Shown here piece by piece: positions 55,241 through 64,000 of a stretch of 64,000 nt of DNA; within the stretch, counting starts at the first letter, position 1, and each line of letters begins with the position of its first letter. The stretch comes from Eledone cirrhosa (lineage: Eukaryota), in assembly GCA_964016885.1 (NCBI GenBank), contig OZ024741.1:246016001-246080000 (forward strand). Reading direction: 5' to 3'. The position numbers and the translations under genes are program-made. The notes under the pieces were generated by a model. The model did not search any database, had not been told where the DNA came from, and saw nothing but the letters and a program-made list of their open reading frames with translations.

Positions 55241-57879
55241 TCTCCCCTTGGACGGCTAGAAATTACCTCTCCTTGGACGGCTGAAAATTATCTCCCCTTG
55301 GACGGCTGGAAATTATCTCCCCTTGATTTTTTTACAAATTATCTCCCCCTGATTTTTTTTTTACAAATTATCTCCCCCTGATTTTTTTTTACAAATTATC
55401 TACCCCTGATTTTTTTTTACAAATTATCTCCCCCTGATTTTTTTTTACAAATTATCTACCCCTGATTTTTTTTACAAATTATCTCCCCCTGATTTTTTTT
55501 ACAAATTATCTCCCCCTGATTTTTTTTTACAAATTATCTCCCCCTGATTTTTTTTACAAATTATCTCCGCCGGATTTTTTTAAATATTATCTTCCCTTGG
55601 CTTGCGGGAAATTATCTCCCCTTGGACAGCTGAAAATTATCTCCCCTTGGACGGCTGGAAATTATCTCCCCTTGATTTTTTTTACAAATTATCTCCCCCT
55701 GATTTTTTTTTACAAATTATCTCCCCCTGATTTTTTTTACAAATTATCTCCCCCTGATTTTTTTTACAAATTATCTCCCCCTGATTTTTTTTACAAATTA
55801 TCTCCCCCTGATTTTTTTACAAATTATCTCCCCCTGATTTTTTTTACAAATTATCTCCGCCTGATTTTTTTAAATATTATCTTCCCTTGGCTGGCGGGAA
55901 ATTATCTCCCCTTGGACGGCTGGAAATTATCTGCCCTTGATTTTCTTTTTACAAATTAACTTCCACTGATTTTTTTTACAAATTATCTCCACCTGATTTT
56001 TTTAAAAATTATCTCCCCTTGGAAGGCTGGAAATTATCTCCCCTTGGCTGGAAATTATCTCCCCTTGGACGGCTAGAAATTATCTCTCTTTGGACGGCTG
56101 GAAATTATCACCCCTTGAGTTTTTTACAAATTATCTCCCCCTGATTTTTTTTACAAATCTCCCAGTGATTTTTAAAAAAAAATTATCTTCCCTTCGCTGG
56201 CTGGAAATTATCTCCCCTTGGACGCTGGAAATTATAGCCCCTTGGAGGGCTGGAAATTATCTTCCCTTGGACGGCTGGAAATTATCTCCCCTTGATTTTT
56301 TTTACAAATTATCTCCCCCTGATTTTTTTTTACAAATTATCTCCCCCTGATTTTTTTTTACAACTTATCTGCGCCTGATTTTTTTAAAAAAATTATCTCC
56401 CCTTGGACGGCTGGAAATTATCTCCCCTTGGACGGCTGGAAATTATCTCTCCTTGGACGGCTAGAATTTACCTCTCCTTGGACGGCTGAAAATTATCTCC
56501 CCTTGGACGGCTGGAAATTATCTCCCCTTGATTTTTTTTACAAATTATCTCCCCCTGATTTTTTTTTACAAATTATCTCCCCCTGATTTTTTTTACAAAT
56601 TATCTCCCCCTGATTTTTTTTTACAAATTATCTCCCCCTGATTTTTTTTACAAATTATCTCCCCCTGATTTTTTTACAAATTATCTCCCCTTGGCTGGCT
56701 GGAAATTATCTCCCCTTGGAGGCTGGAACTTATCTCCCCTTGGACGGCTGGAAATTATCTCCCCTTGGACGGCTGGAAATTATCTCCCCTTGGATGGCTA
56801 GATATTACCTCCCCTTGGACGGCTGGAAATTATCTCCCCTTGATTTTTTTTACAAATTATCTCCCCCTGATTTTTTTTTACAAATTATCTCCCCCTGATT
56901 TTTTTTTTAAAATTATCTCCCCCTGATTTTTGTTTACAAATTATCTCCGCCTGATTTTTTTTAAAAAATTATCTCCCCTTGGACGGCTGGAAATTATCTC
57001 CCCTTGGACGGCTGGAAATTATATCTCCTTGGACGGCTAGAATTTACCTCTCCTTGGACGGCTGAAAATTATCTCCCCTTGGACGGCTGGAAATTATCTC
57101 CCCTTGATTTTTTTACAAATTATCTCCCCCTGATTTTTTTTTACAAATTATCTCCCCCTGATTTTTTTTTACAAATTATCTCCCCCTGATTTTTTTTTAC
57201 AAATTATCTCCCCCTGATTTTTTTACAAATTATCTCACCTTGGCTGGCTGGAAATTATCTCCCCTTGGAGGCTGGAACTTATCTCCCCTTGGACGGCTAG
57301 AAATTACCTCTCCTTGGACGGCTGGAAAATATGTCTCCTTGGACGGCTGGATATTATCTCCCCTTGGACGGCTGGAAATTATCTCCCCTTGGACGGCTGG
57401 AAATTATCTCCCCTTGGATGGCTAGATATTACCTCCCCTTGGACGGCTGGAAATTATCTCCCCTTGATTTTGTTTACAAATTATCTCCCCCTGATTTTTT
57501 TTTACAAATTATCTCCCCCTGATTTTTGTTTACAAATTATCTCCGCCTGATTTTTTTTTAAAAATTATCTCCCCTTGGACGGCTGGAAATTATCTCCGCT
57601 CGGACGGCTAGAAATTACCTCTCCTTGGACGGCTGAAAATTATCTCCCCTTGGACGGCTGGAAATTATCTCCCCTTGATTTTTTTACAAATTATCTCCCC
57701 CTGATTTTTTTTTTACAAATTATCTCCCCCTGATTTTTTTTTAGAAATTATCTACCCCTGATTTTTTTTTACAAATTATCTCCCCCTGATTTTTTTTTAC
57801 AAATTATCTACCCCTGATTTTTTTTACAAATTATCTCCCCCTGATTTTTTTTACAAATTATCTCCCCCTGATTTTTTTT

Positions 57880-60600
57880 ACAAATTATCTCCCCCTGATT
57901 TTTTTTTACAAATTATCTCCCCCTGATTTTTTTTACAAATTATCTCCCCCTGATTTTTTTTACAAATTATCTCCCCCTGATTTTTTTTTACAAATTATCT
58001 CCCCCTGATTTTTTTACAAATTATCTCCCCCTGATTTTTTTTACAAATTATCCGCCTGATTTTTTAAAATATTATCTCCCCTTGGACGGCTGGAAATTAT
58101 CTGCCCTTGATTTTCTTTTTACAAATTAACTTCCACTGAATTTTTTTACAAATTATCTCCACCTGATTTTTTTAAAAATTATCTCCCCTTGGAAGGCTGG
58201 AAATTATCTCCCCTTGGCTGGAAATTATCTCCCCTTGGACGGCTAGAAATTATCTCTCTTTGGACGGCTGGAAATTATCACCCCTTGAGTTTTTTACAAA
58301 TTATCTCCCCCTGATTTTTTTTACAAATCTCCCAGTGATTTTAAAAAAAAAATTATCTTCCCTTCGCTGGCTGGAAATTATCTCCCCTTGGACGCTGGAA
58401 ATTATAGCCCCTTGGAGGGCTGGAAATTATCTTCCCTTGGACGGCTGGAAATTATCTCCCCTTGATTTTTTTTACAAATTATCTCCCCCTGATTTTTTTT
58501 TACAAATTATCTCCCCCTGATTTTTTTTTACAAATTATCTCCCCCTGATTTTTTTTTAGAAATTATCTACCCCTGATTTTTTTTTACAAATTATCTCCCC
58601 CTGATTTTTTTTTACAAATTATCTACCCCTGATTTTTTTTACAAATTATCTCCCCCTGATTTTTTTTACAAATTATCTCCCCCTGATTTTTTTTTTACAA
58701 ATTATCTCCCCCTGATTTTTTTACAAATTATCTCCCCCTGATTTTTTTTACAAATTATCTCCGCCGGATTTTTTTAAATATTATCTTCCCTTGGCTTGCG
58801 GGAAATTATCTCCCCTTGGACGGCTGAAAATTATCTCCCCTTGGACGGCTGGAAATTATCTCCCCTTGATTTTTTTTACAAATTATCTCCCCCTGATTTT
58901 TTTTTACAAATTATCTCCCCCTGATTTTTTTTACAAATTATCTCCCCCTGATTTTTTTTTACAAATTATCTCCCCCTGATTTTTTTTACAAATTATCTCC
59001 CCCTGATTTTTTTTACAAATTATCTCCCCCTGATTTTTTTTTACAAATTATCTCCCCCTGATTTTTTTACAAATTATCTCCCCCTGATTTTTTTTACAAA
59101 TTATCCGCCTGATTTTTTAAAATATTATCTCCCCTTGGACGGCTGGAAATTATCTGCCCTTGATTTTCTTTTTACAAATTAACTTCCACTGATTTTTTTT
59201 ACAAATTATCTCCACCTGATTTTTTTAAAAATTATCTCCCCTTGGAAGGCTGGAAATTATCTCCCCTTGGCTGGAAATTATCTCCCCTTGGACGGCTAGA
59301 AATTATCTCTCTTTGGACGGCTGGAAATTATCACCCCTTGAGTTTTTTACAAATTATCTCCCCCTGATTTTTTTTACAAATCTCCCAGTGATTTTTAAAA
59401 AAAAATTATCTTGGACGCTGGAAATTATAGCCCCTTGGAGGGCTGGAAATTATCTTCCCTTGGACGGCTGGAAATTATCTCCCCTTGATTTTTTTTACAA
59501 ATTATCTCCCCCTGATTTTTTTTTACAAATTATCTCCCCCTGATTTTTTTTTACAAATTATCTCCCCCTGATTTTTTTTTAGAAATTATCTACCCCTGAT
59601 TTTTTTTTACAAATTATCTCCCCCTGATTTTTTTTTACAAATTATCTACCCCTGATTTTTTTTACAAATTATCTCCCCCTGATTTTTTTTACAAATTATC
59701 TCCCCCTGATTTTTTTTTTACAAATTATCTCCCCCTGATTTTTTTACAAATTATCTCCCCCTGATTTTTTTTACAAATTATCTCCGCCGGATTTTTTTAA
59801 ATATTATCTTCCCTTGGCTTGCGGGAAATTATCTCCCCTTGGACGGCTGAAAATTATCTCCCCTTGGACGGCTGGAAATTATCTCCCCTTGATTTTTTTT
59901 ACAAATTATCTCCCCCTGATTTTTTTTTACAAATTATCTCCCCCTGATTTTTTTTACAAATTATCTCCCCCTGATTTTTTTTTACAAATTATCTCCCCCT
60001 GATTTTTTTTACAAATTATCTCCCCCTGATTTTTTTTACAAATTATCTCCCCCTGATTTTTTTTTACAAATTATCTCCCCCTGATTTTTTTACAAATTAT
60101 CTCCCCCTGATTTTTTTTACAAATTATCCGCCTGATTTTTTAAAATATTATCTCCCCTTGGACGGCTGGAAATTATCTGCCCTTGATTTTCTTTTTACAA
60201 ATTAACTTCCACTGATTTTTTTTACAAATTATCTCCACCTGATTTTTTTAAAAATTATCTCCCCTTGGAAGGCTGGAAATTATCTCCCCTTGGCTGGAAA
60301 TTATCTCCCCTTGGACGGCTAGAAATTATCTCTCTTTGGACGGCTGGAAATTATCACCCCTTGAGTTTTTTACAAATTATCTCCCCCTGATTTTTTTTAC
60401 AAATCTCCCAGTGATTTTTAAAAAAAAATTATCTTCCCTTCGCTGGCTGGAAATTATCTCCCCTTGGACGCTGGAAATTATAGCCCCTTGGAGGGCTGGA
60501 AATTATCTTCCCTTGGACGGCTGGAAATTATCTCCCCTTGATTTTTTTTACAAATTATCTCCCCCTGATTTTTTTTTACAAATTATCTCCCCCTGATTTT
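57880..60600 (+). repeat. Local ~1.05-kb tandem repeat (periods 1,053 and 1,023 bp; about 2.6 copies)
   Basis: Private 2-bp deletion TTATCCGCC at ~58051, ~59104 and ~60127. TTAGAAATT variant at 58559 and 59582 (also 57744). ORF markers 58260/59313/60336 and 58791/59814. Confidence 0.88.
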
Positions 60601-63600
60601 TTTTTACAACTTATCTGCGCCTGATTTTTTAAAAAAAATTATCTCCCCTTGGACGGCTGGAAATTATCTCCCCTTGGACGGCTGGAAATTATCTCTCCTT
60701 GGACGGCTAGAATTTACCTCTCCTTGGACGGCTGAAAATTATCTCCCCTTGGACGGCTGGAAATTATCTCCCCTTGATTTTTTTTACAAATTATCTCCCC
60801 CTGATTTTTTTTTACAAATTATCTCCCCCTGATTTTTTTTTACAAATTATCTCCCCCTGATTTTTTTTACAAATTATCTCCCCCTGATTTTTTTTTACAA
60901 ATTATCTCCCCCTGATTTTTTTTTTACAAATTATCTCCGCCTGATTTTTTTTTTAAAATTACCTCCCCTTGGACGGCTGGAAATTATCTCCCCTTGGACG
61001 GCTGGAAATTATCTCCCCTTGGACGGCTAGAAATTATCTCTCCTTGGACGGCTGAAAATTATCTCCCCTTGGACGGCTGCAAATTATCTCCCCTTGATTT
61101 TTTTTACAAATTATCTCCCCCTGATTTTTTTTACAAATTATCTCCCCCTGATTTTTTTTACAAATTATCTACCCCTGATTTTTTTTACAAATTATCTCCC
61201 CCTGATTTTTTTTTACAAATTATCTCCCCCTGATTTCTTTTTACAAATTATCTCCCCCTGATTTTTTTTTTACAAATTATCTCCCCCTGATTTTTTTACA
61301 AAGTATCTCCCCCTGATTTTTTTTACAATCTCCGCCTGATTTTTTTAAAAATTATCTTCCCTTGGCTGGCGGGAAATTATCTCCCCTTGGACGGCTGGAA
61401 ATTATCTCCCCTTGGAAGGATGGAAATTATCTCCCCTTGGACGGCTGGAAATTATCTCCCCTTGCACGGCTGGAAATTATCTCCCCTTGGCTGGAAATTA
61501 TCTCCCCTTGGACGGCTAGAAATTATCTCTCTTTGGACGGCTGGAAATTATCTCCCTTTGATTTTTTTTACAAATTATCTCCCTCTGATTTTTTTTACAA
61601 ATCTCCCCCTGATTTTTTTAAAAAAATTATCTCCCCTTCGCTGGCTGGAAATTATCTTCCCTTGGACGGCTGGAAATTATCTCCCCTTGATTTTTTTTAC
61701 AAATTATCTCCGCCTGATTTTTTTTTAAAATTATCTCTCCTTGGACGGCTGGAAATTATCTCCCCTTGATTTTTTTTACAAATAATCTCCCCCTGATTTT
61801 TTTTTATAAATTATCTCCCCCTGATTTTTTTTTACAAATTATCTACCCCTGATTTTTTTTTACAAATTATCTCCCCCTGATTTTTTTTACAAATTATCTC
61901 CCCCTGATTTTTCTTTTACAAATTACCTCCCCCTGATTTTTTTAGAAATTATCTCCCCCTGATTTTTTTTACAAATTGTCTCCGCCTGATTTTTTTAAAT
62001 ATTATCTTCCCTTGGCTGGCGGGAAATTACCTCCCCTTGGACGGCTGGAAATTATCTGCCCTTGATTTTCTTTTTACAAATTATCTTCCACTGATTTTTT
62101 TTACAAATTATCTCCACCTGATTTTTTAAAAAATTATCTCCCCTTGGAAGGCTGGAAATTATCTCCCCTTGGACGGCTAGAAATTATCTCTCTTTGGACG
62201 GCTGGAAATTATCACCCCTTGAGTTTTTTACAAATTATCTCCCCCTGATTTTTTTTACAAATCTCCCAGTGATTTTTTAAAAAAAATTATCTCCCCTTCG
62301 CTGGCTGGAAATTATCTCCCCTTGGACGCTGGAAATTATAGCCCTTTGGAGGGCTGGAAATTATCTTCCCTTGGACGGCTGGAAATTATCTCCCCTTGAT
62401 TTTTTTTACAAATTATCTCCCCCTGATTTTTTTTTACAAATTATCTCCCCCTGATGTTTTTTTACAACTTATCTGCGCCTGATTTTTTTAAAAAAAATAT
62501 CTCCCCTTGGACGGCTGGAAATTATCTCCCCTTGGACGGCTGGAAATTATCTCTCCTTGGACGGCTAGAATTTACCTCTCCTTGGACGGCTGAAAATTAT
62601 CTCCCCTTGAACGGCTGGAAATTATCTCCCCTTGATTTTTTTTACAAATTATCTCCCCCTTTTTTTTTTTTACAAATTATCTCCCCCTGATTTTTTTTTA
62701 CAAATTATCTCCCCCTGATTTTTTTTTACAAATTATCTCCCCCTGATTTTTTTTACAAATTATCTCCCCCCTGATTTTTTTACAAATTATCTCCCCTTGG
62801 CTGGTTGGAAATTATCTCCCCTTGGAGGCTGGAACTTATCTCCCCTTGGACGGCTAGAAATTACCTCTCCTTGGACGGCTGGAAAATATGTCTCCTTGGA
62901 CGGCTGGATATTATCTCCCCTTGGACGGCTGGAAATTATCTCCCCTTGGACGGCTGGAAATTATATCTCCTTGGACGGCTAGAATTTACCTCTCCTTGGA
63001 CGGCTGAAAATTATCTCCCCTTGGACGGCTGGAAATTATCTCCCCTTGATTTTTTTTACAAATTATCTCCCCCTGATTTTTTTTTACAAATTATCTCCCC
63101 CTGATTTTTTTTTACAAATTATCTCCCCCTGATTTTTTTTTACAAATTATCTCCCCCTGATTTTTTTACAAATTATCTCCCCTTGGCTGGCTGGAAATTA
63201 TCTCCCCTTGGAGGCTGGAACTTATCTCCACTTGGACGGCTAGAAATTACCTCTCCTTGGACGGCTGGAAAATATGTCTCCTTGGACGGCTGGATATTAT
63301 CTCCCCTTGGACGGCTGGAAATTATCTCCCCTTGGACGGCTGGAAATTATCTCCCCTTGGATGGCTAGATATTACCTCCCCTTGGACGGCTGGAAATTAT
63401 CTTCCCTTGATTTTTTTTACAAATTATCTCCCCCTGATTTTTGTTTACAAATTATCTCCCCCTGATTTTTTTTTACAAATTATCTCCCCTTGGACGGCTG
63501 GAAATTATCTCCCCTTGGACGGCTAGAAATTACCTCTCCTTGGACGGCTGAAAATTATCTCCCCTTGGACGGCTGGAAATTATCTCCCCTTGATTTTTTT

Positions 63601-64000
63601 ACAAATTATCTCCCCGATTTTTTTTTACAAATTATCTACCCCTGATTTTTTTTACAAATTATCTCCCCCTGATTTTTTTTACAAATTATCTCCCCCTGAT
63701 TTTTTTTTTACAAATTATCTCCCCCTGATTTTTTTACAAATTATCTCCCCCTGATTTTTTTACAAATTATCTCCGCCGGATTTTTTTAAATATTATCTTC
63801 CCTTGGCTTGCGGGAAATTATCTCCCCTTGGACGGCTGAAAATTATCTCCCCTTGGACGGCTGGAAATTATCTCCCCTTGATTTTTTTTACAAATTATCT
63901 CCCCCTGATTTTTTTTTACAAATTATCTCCCCCTGATTTTTTTTACAAATTATCTCCCCCTGATTTTTTTTTACAAATTATCTCCCCCTGATTTTTTTTA

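Larger units (their letters stand above)
1..64000 (+). repeat. Complex two-monomer satellite array (25-bp type A plus 26-29-bp type B sharing core AAATTATCTCCCC); runs off both window edges
   Basis: Every line consists of AAATTATCTCCCC or a close variant followed by TTGGACGGCTGG or CTGA(T)nAC. Orientation is the same throughout and I saw no non-repeat insertion. Confidence 0.99.

Noticed and set aside
200-63991. The many short plus-strand ORFs (60-163 aa; KLSPLGRLEIISPWTAGNYLPLDGW, KLSPPDFFY and NYLPLIFFT repeats)
   Set aside because: The 25-bp A monomer has no stop in any plus frame and B has TGA in only one, so ORFs arise automatically. They overlap in several frames, mostly start at TTG, and shift frame with T-tract length. 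The minus strand has TAA in nearly every monomer, which explains its lack of ORFs. There is no coding signal.
1-64000. CRISPR-like layout of constant repeat plus variable spacer
   Set aside because: The constant part is only 13-15 bp, the spacers are 10-14 bp and of just two recurring types rather than unique, and there are no cas genes or leader.
1-64000. Canonical telomerase-type telomeric repeat
   Set aside because: C-runs on one strand are reminiscent, but two interleaved 25-29-bp monomers with kb-scale HORs indicate recombinational amplification rather than copying of one RNA template.
1-64000. Pure sequencing or assembly artefact, or synthetic concatemer
   Set aside because: Hierarchically shared diagnostic variants, private mutations and monomer-quantised indels fit natural satellite evolution. 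Individual large duplications still need read validation.
1-64000. Embedded transposon, inversion or unique island
   Set aside because: Reading through the window I found no reverse-orientation monomer (GGGGAGATAATTT on plus) and no non-repeat stretch.

Overview
The whole 64 kb window is one uninterrupted, single-orientation complex satellite array of roughly 2,400 monomers (64,000 / ~26.5 bp). I found no unique sequence, credible gene, RNA gene, transposon or CRISPR array. The array uses two monomer types that share a 13-bp core, AAATTATCTCCCC. Type A is AAATTATCTCCCCTTGGACGGCTGG (25 bp, 52% GC). Type B is AAATTATCTCCCCCTGA(T)7-10AC (26-29 bp, ~30% GC). They alternate in runs (about A1-10 and B1-15) with stereotyped boundary monomers. 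The runs are nested into higher-order repeats (HORs): 624 bp (A9B5A5B5), 1,620 bp, ~5.1 kb, a 6,714-bp tandem duplication and a ~13-14 kb dispersed duplication. Most rearrangements are in-register gains or losses of whole monomers. All ORFs in the track are translation artefacts of the repeat. The array is most likely eukaryotic heterochromatic (centromeric, pericentromeric or subtelomeric) DNA, but organism and function cannot be determined from this window. What is of interest is the two-letter architecture and its readable evolutionary history, not a protein-coding system.
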